From NCBI GenBank assembly GCA_965279035.1, contig CBDIHM010000003.1:64001-128000 (forward strand): a stretch of 64,000 nt of DNA, read 5' to 3'. Origin of the DNA: Bacteroidia bacterium. GTDB taxonomy: Bacteria; Bacteroidota; Bacteroidia; M30B66. The notes beneath the pieces are model-generated. The model saw nothing but the letters and a program-made list of their open reading frames with translations, was not told the DNA's origin and searched no databases. The number at the start of each line of letters is the position of its first letter. Positions within the stretch are counted from its first letter, which is position 1. Shown here in pieces: positions 13,201 to 23,721 of the stretch. Made by a program: the position numbers and the translations under genes.

Positions 13201-13599
13201 GACAAACTATGGAATCATTGATGAGCTTGGTGTCAATGTTGCTGTTCCAGTTGGACCACCTCAGCAGTTCCTGCTGGCTGCCCATTTCAAGAGTCCGAAG
13301 TTCATCGTACTTGGGGATTCAGGTGTTATGAAACAGAAAGGTACACCAAACACCTATGCCAAATTCTAGAGATACTCTTTGTAAAATGAACTTTAGTCAT
13401 CGTAACAAAGGCTTCCCCTTTTGGGGCAGCATTGCCAATGACAGTGACAGGGACCGCTTGCAATATTTTCAGTCATATCCCACTATTGCAATTTTAGTCA
13501 ATTGAATTTTAAAATTTACCCGAAATCGCTGGTGTTATCATGCAGTTCAATCAACACCTCAGACCTATCTTTGCATATCAGGTGCGCCCAAGCTGCTTT

Positions 13600-14434
13600 A
13601 TTCCAACGCCAATGAAAAATGCTTTTGCAAGCTGCTTGCCGGTCACTTCACCCACCCAATGGCCAATCCCTTGCAGGAAAGTTCCCAGATAATTTGGATG
13701 CGAGTTGCACGTGGCATGCGCATTGCACAAAGGGCAAGAGAAGGTACTGTGCCCGTGCGATGCGCTGCCCTGCCACACCTCTACTTATGGTGCTTGCTTG
13801 TGCAACGCAAGCAGTGCATACTTTGGCTGCCGCATTGGAAGCGCAGACTTCAGCTGTGCACCGATTGATGCAACGGTAGCTGTGACAATATGATTAAAAT
13901 GTCCCACAGCTGATTCAGCGTCGCCGGCCATCCCAGCAATGACGTGCTGGTACCTGACTGCCATCCATACCCGCTTTGCAGCACCAATGACCTTGGCTAT
14001 CTTCATCGGCGCGTTGGACTCCTCAAGCGCGTAAAAGCAACCCCTGGCAGTGAAATGGGTTTTCAAGTTCTGAGCTGGGAGGCGCTGCTTGCACTGCCAA
14101 CATATACAGGTATGGCAAGCTGAGCATTTGCACGCCACATGCAAAATGTCACTGATCTCAGGATCTGGCAATGATATCCCTGAAAATAAATCAAAATTGT
14201 CTCTAGGGAAGGCTCAATATTGTGCTTTGGCTTATGCATTGATGCGCACCTTGAATGATGTGAAAGCAAGGAGATCCTGATGATATATACCATGAACAGG
14301 TGGGATTCTGGTGGGTACCTTACAAGGTTACACCCTGTGGAAATTTGCTGCAGCTGAAGGTTGCAACTAGGACAAATCTTGCTTGCAGAAGATGGTTTGA
14401 CGGCGAGCGGCAATGGCGACTGCTCGAGCTGCAC
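13600..14434 (-). pseudogene. RBR-family Rcat/RING2-like zinc-finger remnant (copy 3)
   Basis: CPSCNLQLQQISTGCNLVR | intron | CSACHTCICWQCKQRLPAQNLKTHFTARGC...KIAKVIGAAKRVWMAV. Clearly paralogous to the 16.5-17.9 kb and 23.7-25.9 kb copies. The acceptor reads CAA instead of CAG near 14110. Confidence 0.7.
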
Positions 14435-15931
14435 ATTGTTTCTATCGGTTGCTATCCGATTAATTCTGGCTCTGCGGCCCTGTAAATCACGCAGCAGTGA
14501 GAGTTTATTTTAGGTTTTAGGGTTAAGTCTAAATAAAGATTCGTACTTTGAAGAAGAATTACTTCTTCGAGAGCAGATAGTCGTCAGCTCTGAGGCAGAG
14601 GCAGGCCAACTTGGAGAGGCAAACTCTACAGATCTGGGAAAAACCGACCATGGTGGAATCACCTTTCTTAGGAGGTGCACGGTGCTTGCCGCAAGCACTG
14701 CGGCGGATATCAGCGCTCCTATGGGAAGGCATAGACGCTGGTGCGTCGACAGCAGACCAGACATCGGCAAGACAGGCTACAGTCCGCCAAATCCGCACAA
14801 AGACTGAATGGTGGCCAGCAAGAACATACTTTTGAAAGTTGAATTGGATCGTACATATGCGCCCCGATATCAAGGTTCTTCTGCTACGATCTCACTTGCC
14901 TCGCTGTCCTGCCAACATTGGGCAGCAAGGTCCAAGAAACGAATGAGAAGCTGCCCTAGAACCTACTACTAGGTAGTACCGTGTCTTCGCCCAGATATCA
15001 ACATTCATTAATAGAGTATGGGGTCGAACAATTCATGTCATCTGCACGTTCTCATCTGCATGCCAGAGGCGTGGAACAGCCACGACTCCATGCATGTTTT
15101 AGCATTCTGATGGCCGCCCCTCTACCAGTGTGCATGAACATTGATGATCATGATGAGAGACTTTTACCGAGTTCAATATCAAGATGATCATTAAATGCCC
15201 TTACGATCAGGCTGAATTCCTTAATCACATGCTACAGCATCCAACAAGCTGCCCTTGTTGGGCAGGACTCGCACACATATAAGACAGACTAGTTGAAAAG
15301 AGATTTAAGAATATCCCGAAAATGGCAGAAATATGTCGTCAATATTGTCAACAATCTCCGAGGTATGGCCCGAAAGTTTTGCAGAATTGACGGAAATAAT
15401 TATTTATAATTATAATTCCCAGAAATGTGTAGCCCACATTGGCCACATAGCCCGAGAGCTTCGCAATTAAGAACGGAAAGAAACACGGAAAGAAACACGA
15501 AAGCATTGTCCGATGACCGTGTCTGTCGGAAGGGTTCCGGAAGAATTGCCACGTGACGCGCTCGTATGAATTACAGGTCAGCGTCGCGCTCAAGTTGCGC
15601 TAAAGTACTGCAAGTTCTAGTCCGCCACTCGAAGCCGTTCGGGTGTGCTCGTAATGAAAAATAAACAAGCACACTTCAGACTCTGCAGAGAGTTTGCAAC
15701 GCACAAACAAGAGTGCCAGTCTGGGTTCTAAGATGAGTGTATGCCCAAAATGAGGGTTGCATCTAGGGCTGCATGGCAAGGGCAACAACTCCAGGGTCAC
15801 TGTACATCTTGCTGCCCAACTGAATCCTGGCGGCTTTGCTGGACCATCAATATATATTCTTTGAATAGTGAAATCCTAAAGATTCTCTCTCGGCTGGCGC
15901 CCTGAAATATAAGTTTAAATGGCAGGGTTAA

Positions 15932-15951
15932 CCGGGATAACGTTATCCCGG
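15932..15951. repeat. Perfect 20-bp palindrome
   Basis: ccgggataac|gttatcccgg. Confidence 0.9.
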
Positions 15952-16480
15952 GACTTTGAATGTCAGGGTCACCCGGACGGTCCTCTCTTATTCTCCAGCC
16001 TGCAGTCACTGTGCACGGTGCTCTTTGGCACTATGAAATTTTTGGCAACAGATGTAAAGCAAGCTTATTTTGTTGAAAGTGCACATGCGCTGTGGCTAAG
16101 CGCTCCTAATTATTGCTCCACTGGACTGCTGACTACACAAGCAACTTGATTGAAGTTCACTCATTTGTTGAGTCAACTCATGGGGATGTTCTGATTTTAT
16201 GCTATTTATATAAAGTCAAGCTCTGCTCCATTGTTGTGAAAGCTCCGGCTTGAAGCCACTGGCTTCCCCACTGAGAAAATAAGTTCCAGTAATAATTAAG
16301 GAAGAGGCTGACTCAAGGTTGCATAGCCTAGCAGGGGAATACTCATGAATATTTTCAATGGCCATGCTTTAAACGAACCGATTCTTATTTATTGTCCCTA
16401 ACGGAGGCCGGTGCGACGTCGACAAGGTCATCCAGGGTCCCGTAAAAGAGTGGGTCTCCACTGTCTGAATCTGTACTATC

Positions 16481-17897
16481 CTAAGTGCCAGAATCAGGGT
16501 CTTCACTTTCAGATTCTTCAATGCATGGTGCAGCTGAAGCCGCGTTCCTCAGGCTGCCTTGTCCAGAAATTCTTGCCGTGCCTGTACAAAAAGCACAATA
16601 TGCTTTTGAGCCACATCTTGTAGCTCAAATCAGTAAATTCTGACATGACTACTTGGTTTGTGGAAAGCCACCACCCTGTTAACGTTGCTGATCAGTCGTG
16701 ACTTGCAAGGCGCAAGGTAGCAATGAGCCCTGAGGGTGGCGATTAAATCACAAGTTGGTTGTCTGATCAACAAGCCTTTACTCAAAAATCTAATTTCACC
16801 AAAATTTTTGGTGTCCATGCTCTTGTGCGGCAGCCATCAGGCCATTTCATGGCTTTTGCTCACTGGGTTTTCCTCCATAATAGTACATCTCGTCCCACAT
16901 GTTGATAATACTGGACAGTTCAAGACACTCAAGCTCTCGGACCGGATCCGCTTGGCCATTGCTTTGCAAATGAAACTGGCACGCAGGGGTTTGGCTGGGA
17001 CGGTTGCGCGGATGCCACACACCGTGATGCCAACTGCCTGTCTCCTCTGAGGAACTTCCCTCCGCAGTAGCTGCTACTGCCACACCAGCAGCAGGCTCTG
17101 CTGGCTCTGGATCAGCCATTGTAGGCAGTGCTAGCTCTGCCGGACGCGCTAGGAATGCATTCTTCAGCTGCAGGGCACTGGCGACAACTGTGGCAAAGCG
17201 CTTGACAGAATCAACCACCGATCCAACAATGCCAAGGGCGCCTGGGATAGCGTCCCTGTGTTTGAATGTTACAAACACCAGCGCTGCAGCGCCGATAGCT
17301 GCGGCAACTTTTGGGGCATTGGAGTGACCGGCTTTGCGTGGGCAGCGGCCTTCATTGGTGAAATGGGGCTTTGGATCATTTTCTGGTAGAAGCTGCTTGC
17401 ACTCCCAGCAATAACCTGTGCAGCAGGCCAGGCACCTACACAAGCAGCACGCATTGTACTGAACTGGTCACTCTGGAAGGAGTCACTCTTGGGTGCAAGA
17501 CAGCTTGCCGCCACAAACGTTGGAATGGAAGGCACGTGTCAACGGGGCCTGCTTTGCAGGACTGCACGGAACAGGCAGCACTTTCTGAACCAATAGGACT
17601 GCAGAAAGATAAATCTATGCCACGGTGAGCTGGCACGTACCTGATAAGATTGCCCCTCCCGGGCCCTTTTCGCAGTTCAATATTGCAACAAGGACATTGC
17701 ACGGTCTCCACTGCAGGCTCGTCTTGGACTGCCTCTGGAAGGTGCTCTGCTGTTCCTCCAGTAGATTGTGCTGTGTGCTTCTCACGGTGGCGCTCGTGCA
17801 CCTGCGGCACGGCCATTTTCTGCTTCTCAAAACGCAGCTCAAGCCAATAAACTGGGAGCTTATCCATCCCCAAGGTTTCAGTCCGTTTGAGTGCCAA
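16481..17897 (-). CDS. Rcat/RING2-like zinc-finger protein with hydrophobic tail (RBR-derived copy 2; gene or pseudogene)
   Basis: VQCPCCNIELRKGPGRGNLIR | GT-AG intron of about 17640-17437 | CLACCTGYCWECKQLLPENDPKPHFTNEGRC...AAAIGAAALVFVTF. A possible last exon lies at about 16481-16582. No RING1 or IBR was recognised upstream. Confidence 0.6.
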
Positions 17898-19266
17898 CGA
17901 GAAATCCTTGACTTCGCATGTCTGTTCCTAGTGAGTAAAGAATTGGCTCATCCTCACGTTCTTGATGAAATGCACGGCGGTTGCTGTCACGAGAGTTCCG
18001 ACGCAAAGACCCAATCATTGCTCTGTCGACAAGAGTCCTGCCATGTTGTGCCTCGAGACACCGAACTAGCTTAGTAGGAAAATGAACGGAGCCGAAGTTG
18101 CGGTAATTGAGGACTACAGAACGTTATGTTGGATCAATTCTAGGTGCCATAAGGAGACAATCTCACGTTGATATGCCTGAAGATACGAGAATGATGACGC
18201 TTTCGAAGCCCTGAAGCTGTCCTGAGCTGCAAAGTCCAAGGTTCCAAAATAGGAGGTGGCCACCTCTTCACGCAGAAAAGGATACGATCTAGGCTTGAAC
18301 ACTACATAAACACCCCTTTACCCCACTACATTTTTTAATGGCATGGAGATCATTTGATTAATGATCTCCATATATCACCATTAGAAAGGGAATGTTCACT
18401 GACTTGCAGTTAATTTCAAGCATTGTAGTCTCGACAATGTCTCATTTCTTATTATAATGGGTCCTTGACCTTTTGTGGTTGGAAAATTAAACCAGAATTG
18501 ATCCATACGCAATGAAAGCGGTGCACGGTGCAGAAAAATCTTGCACTCCCAGTCGGTGGACATCTTTTTTGAAGCAAAGGGCAGCAATAAAGGATACTCA
18601 GCAATGCTCATCATAATCACAGATATGTAGACAAAAGATCTAGATGTGCTAATGCCCGCCATGGCGTTCCAATGTGTTGGCAAGGCTTGATGGCCTTCAA
18701 TACAAGTGCCCTTCAATTGTTCAAAGAAATGGACATTATTTGCATTTCCGCATTTTTAACCTAGTAGGATAGTATCTGGAGCTCACCATATGCATTTCAG
18801 CGCGCAGCATTGCACATAAAATTAAGTTTAGCTCTTTGCTTTACGGGCCTGCAAGCCAGCTGGCAAATGCATTCAACGAAACGTTCAATTCTCCACGCAT
18901 GTCTCCACGCATGTGGCTGGCACTATGGTGCCACCAAGCAGTGCCGAGAAATGAGTGATCATTTGAGATACTATGTCCTATAATATAATTGTACAACATG
19001 TTTACATTCAAAAAGCTGAAGGCGGCGAAGCCAAAGTACTAGTATTGTAGGTTTAAGTCAGTGACTGCCACACTAGTGACTCTTAGGCTATGCCATGTCC
19101 AGTGGGAGCGATTTGATGTCTCATATCAATTTGCCAGTGGTGCCTTTTGGTGCATACTCCAGCAGCTGAGCATCCTGAGCGTTGAAACCATGTTCGCTGT
19201 GACATGCTGCGCAAGATTATTTCAATGCTCCCTAGCGAGCCTGTATCGCTCATCATCTTGCAGTGC

Positions 19267-19695
19267 TCAGGCAGCGACCTTTGCAGAACGGCGCTCCACA
19301 GCGGGGCAGAGAAGACTGATACACCCTTTGCGGACGTGCTCAACACGAATATGAAACACCTCTGCCACTGGCACGCCTTGCTTTATAGGGACGAAATTCA
19401 CTGGAATGGATAGCTTCTTTGTCACGCTCTCTCGTGCAATGGCCAGTCCTGCTGCAAGGAATGCGGCAATGCCACCACGGTTACGGACTCCCATTGTGAC
19501 ACCCAGCACCATGCCTGTGATGGTGAGGAATATCACAGCATTGGAAACCGTGGCAAGCTTGCGAGCCTCAGTTTGTGCCGCCGCATTGGGGCCATCTGAT
19601 GGAGACTTGCTAGCGGCATCAAAGGGGTGAGGGATATTGAATGCCGCCCGCTGCTCTGAATTTTTGCGCTTCTGCTCATTCTGGAGATCATCCAT
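19267..19695 (-). CDS. Putative membrane protein of unknown function
   Basis: ATG follows a CGCAG acceptor. ORF MDDLQNEQKRK... contains two hydrophobic segments (VIFLTITGMVLGVTMGV; GGIAAFLAAGLAIA). No family recognised. Confidence 0.4.
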   Translation of the reverse strand: MDDLQNEQKRKNSEQRAAFNIPHPFDAASKSPSDGPNAAAQTEARKLATVSNAVIFLTITGMVLGVTMGVRNRGGIAAFLAAGLAIARESVTKKLSIPVNFVPIKQGVPVAEVFHIRVEHVRKGCISLLCPAVERRSAKVAA

Positions 19696-20549
19696 GGCTG
19701 GTGGTAAAATTTTTACCAACAAGCACCTGCGTGACCACAAATTATAGAGTAACAGAAGAGTATTGCGCATGCACTGCAAGACATGTGCACCAAGCGCTTC
19801 CTTAGACGGAACGTCAGAATCCCTACTAGGCTAGGTTGTTATTGAATGTGCCACTGTGCCATGACAATCTTGAAGAGTATCAGGGACAAAAAAACATTTC
19901 TACATGCCGGACGCTGCCAGTGATGTGACATCCTCTGACTTTGCACGAAGCAGTTCGCCCATTTCACGAGAATAAGAAAAACACTCAAAGTTGACGGCTA
20001 ACCAGCATTTCCAGTTATTATTCACTGTTTGGTGTTGCCCGGAATACACTCAGTAAGCAGACCTCAGCAAACGTATGACGGTTCGGAGAGCTGTCGGTGT
20101 ACCGCACTGCGGCAAGCTGCCTCGCTTGACAGAATCGTCCTACGCAATAGTTCTGCCCGCCGGGTGCCCAGCAACCGTAGGGATTCGACCAACAAGACGT
20201 TCCAAACGATTCCAGATGTGTTGTGAGTGGTAGTATCCGGAAATGGACTGTGTTCCCAAGGGGACTATGGTGTGGAACAAGCTTGGTGTTCCGCTGTCGC
20301 ACAAGGTTGGAAGGCGGGCAGGGTTATAATCCCCAATGAAGGGGCTTTTAGTAAAAACCTTTCAAAAAGAGGGCATCTTCACTTTTACAGCAAAAAGCAA
20401 TGAAAAAAACTGAAGTCAAATCTTAACATAAAATGCATGCATATGCTCTGCTGCCCTGTGCAATTTTAAAAGGCAGACTCCTTCTTCGGAAGAAGAGAAA
20501 CCACCGTGGCACGCCTCTTGCAACTTAGAATCCTCTACCCCTATTCAGT

Positions 20550-20626
20550 GGGTCCACCAGGGGGAATCTGATCTCGTTAGTTGGGAGTCCCCTAGGAGTC
20601 CACCAGGGCCGGGGTCCACCAGGGGG
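20550..20626. repeat. Three copies of a G(G/A)GTCCACCAGGG motif; possible subterminal repeats of a non-autonomous element
   Basis: gggtccaccaggggg at 20550 and 20612, and ggagtccaccaggg at 20595. Confidence 0.7.
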
Positions 20627-20730
20627 TCTTAGCACACACCACGCAAATTTTTGGAGTAAAGACTCTACCCTATAGTATTCTATAGTATAATCATTCAATG
20701 CAATTGGAATTTGATTGCAAAAGTATATTT

Positions 20731-22670
20731 CTATATCTCTAAGGGGTCCCATAAAAGGTCCCCATTTTTAAAGCAACAAAAATCCCTTTGGATCAACTCT
20801 TCGTGAACAAATCTCAGAAGATCTATATCTGTTGATGATTCCTCGACCTGCGCATGTGCACAATAGAGGTACATACAACGTGCTACGATGCAACGTAGCG
20901 CGACAATAGTTTACTCCACTGGCCATATAGATGGAACCACGAAGTGCATAGCTCAAGATTAGCAAATACATGAGGGCAACAACACCAGAAATTAATTCTG
21001 CTCAATCGCTTTAAACTTTAACAAAAGTAAGAATGTTTTAGCACACCTCCGCATACATACGCCGCGGCGAGAGACAGCCCATCTCCAACCAGGGCATTTC
21101 GGTGTATGAGAATGCAACATAGCTGCCCCTTATGCCGCTGCTCTTAGTTTGTGTATACAAGAGACGCTTGAGCTGTGCCAGCGCCTCAGTTTCACCTGGA
21201 ACAAATACGCACTTTAGCTTGCAAATCAAAGCTCTAGCAAGTCGACATGTAGAGGTTGCATGCCCTTGCTGTATCCTTTTAGAAATGGTAACTTGTTTGG
21301 GCAGCTGTGAACACTCAGTAATTACTTATAAGCTCTGTATAGCACAACTCTCAAGATTCAGCAAAATTCAAACAGATAAAGCTGTGCATTCATGAAACAT
21401 GAGCTACATGGCTGCCCCACCTCCCTTGATTTTTGGGCTGTCAGGCATGCAATGGACTATCTGCAACCCCGAGTTTTCAGGAGTAGGTATTTTGCCGGAA
21501 GGTATGTCTCTGCTCTGCAGCGGTTTGCCTTTGAGCTTAGGTGGCGCTAAGTGTGGCTGCTTGACAGGTATAGATTTCAGAAGACCCTGAAAGTGTCCTG
21601 CATCCGGATCAATGGATCATTCGATGAGCCGTTGTTGACATTATGTATGCTCCTTTGACCCCATGGTGTCTTGACTATCACGGTTGTTGGACACACAACT
21701 TGGTATTGATAACTTCTAGAGCAAGTGGTGTGAAAGCTTAAAAGTAATTTCAGTGAATAAGTCATTTTACCGCAGGAAATTTTTTGGTGGCTTTAAATTG
21801 TCATCTGCCTTCAAAGATAAATGGGGCGCACTTTGTGTAGATGGCAAACGCTCTATTTTGGTTTGCAGCTCATCAGGTGAGTATAAGGTCGTCCCCCACC
21901 TCATCTTCAGAGCAACATCTTCTCTTTGCCATGCTGATGTCACCTCATTCATGAATGAGGTGGCATCGTGAAATATTCCTCGAAATTCTTTTCTGCGTGA
22001 CAGTAAACTTTGCTGGCGCCCACTTTCTTCACCATTCTCACCAATGATTATAAGTTATTGGAGGGATGCAAATTGTGACTAGCTGGTTGCAATTGCCAGT
22101 ATGGCTACCGCCAATAATAGTACTTTTAGTAGTGGTAGTCAGTGAGCTTGCAATCATTGATCTTGCTGTCGGACTTGCAATCTGTGACAGGGAAATCAAC
22201 TGTACTCAGTGCAGGCTTTATGTCCATGTTTGCTACGCTCAGAATATTTCTGAATTGTGGAGGCACGACTCTTTTAAAACTTGCCTCCTCAGGCTTGCCG
22301 ATGCGCACAATGATGTCAGAGCCGGCAGCCCTTAGGTTCTTGCGCGAATCCGCCACGGAATCCAGGATGAACCTGCGCATGGACCTCTCCACTGAGAAGC
22401 ACCTTGCACACTTTGCAAATGGAAGAGCGCTGCTGTGGGCCATAGGCTGTTCAGCATTACCTGCAAGAACTTCTAGAAGCACCAAATATTGGAGTTTCCT
22501 TCGGAAGGTGACTCACTTCAATGCTAACGCCGTTGTAGCGTGTGTCATACTGTCGGTTGTCAAAGCAATACACTGGCAGCAAGAAATCCGGCTCCTTGTT
22601 TGCGGCCATCAATGCCTCATTATCATGGACCCGTAGATCATTGCGGAAACACTTGACTGCCAGTGCACCA
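20731..22670 (-). pseudogene. PHR2: Photolyase/cryptochrome family, PHR2 (CRY-DASH-related) like pseudogene
   Basis: Collinear spliced fragments: CFRNDLRVHDNEALMAANKEPDFLLPVYCFD (~22510-22660), RFILDSVADSRKNLRAAGSDIIVRIGKPEE (~22285-22380), GASKVYCHAE / WGTTLYSPDEL (~21830-22040, frameshifted), GETEALAQLK...PWLEMGCLSPRRMY (~21045-21195), and FVHEELIQRDFCCF (~20770-20847, the degenerate ELLWRDF motif). Conserved Trp residues are substituted. Confidence 0.85.
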
Positions 22671-23721
22671 CATCTTTAAATTAGAATTACGTGCGTTATT
22701 TTGCTTCCACAATGTACGGTTGCGTGTCAACTTGGCACATTTAAAATGTGATGAAACTTTGCCAAATTAATAATGTTGGGTTCGGTCTTTCCGGCCAGTG
22801 ACGGGCGGCCCGGGTTGGTCGAACGTGAGGACATCACCTCATGTGAACCAACGACTTGCGCTGCCATCGGCGATTCAAAAATTGCACGTTTCGAGCATCA
22901 GCGAGGGCCCACTTGGCGGAGATTCTTCATCGCAATCTCCAAGACAGTCGGCAGCATCACAGCAGCAGCGCCGAAACAAGCACCGGCGATGAAAGACGAG
23001 TATCCCCATCCTGTCGACATCTTGTGCACTCGATATGTTCAGGGGCGTCGTACACTGTGAATTCCACGTATTCTGAGCTCAATCGAAGTTCAGAGTGCCA
23101 AGTTCTTGGACCTTTCTTTCGTCAAACACGGCTCAGGGCTTTTACAGAACCTTGGAGTTTTTGTATGTGCCCCTTAGGGGATTTGGAAAAACATAGGTTT
23201 TGACCTGGTTGAAATTCACTCATTAGAAAATGCCACTTTAATCCCTTTTCCACTGTACTTGTTCTGATGCTAGCACACCACAGCTTCAAGATGTTCTGCG
23301 CCGTTGACTTTCCAACAGGTTTCATGATGCCAGCATGGTCCCATTTAAATTTCAAATCCCAAATCCCAAGTTGGGGCCGATTGCAAGGAGCACGTCTTCG
23401 TATGATTTTCAAATTTGGCAGCTTAGTGCCACACAGTCCGTTGGACATGCAAAGGCGGACCTCTCAGTGAGTGCTCCAAGGTGTTCCACATTCTTGGACA
23501 TTAATGCATTATCTACACGAAATACTGGCCATGTCCTTTGTAGCAGCGCTTGTCAACAAAGCTGCAGCTGGTCTTCAACAAATTTGTTGGTTTAAACCAA
23601 CCCAGCGTCCGATACTCAACGGTCAATATTTTCCCCTGCTTTCCTCCTTGTCTTCATCTTGCTTCTCATGCAACCACTGAACAACATTTTTTGAGAACTG
23701 CACTGGGATCTCAGAGACACT

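Noticed and set aside
20550-20626. Spaced direct repeats resembling a CRISPR array
   Set aside because: Only three short units with irregular spacing, in a eukaryotic context with no cas genes.
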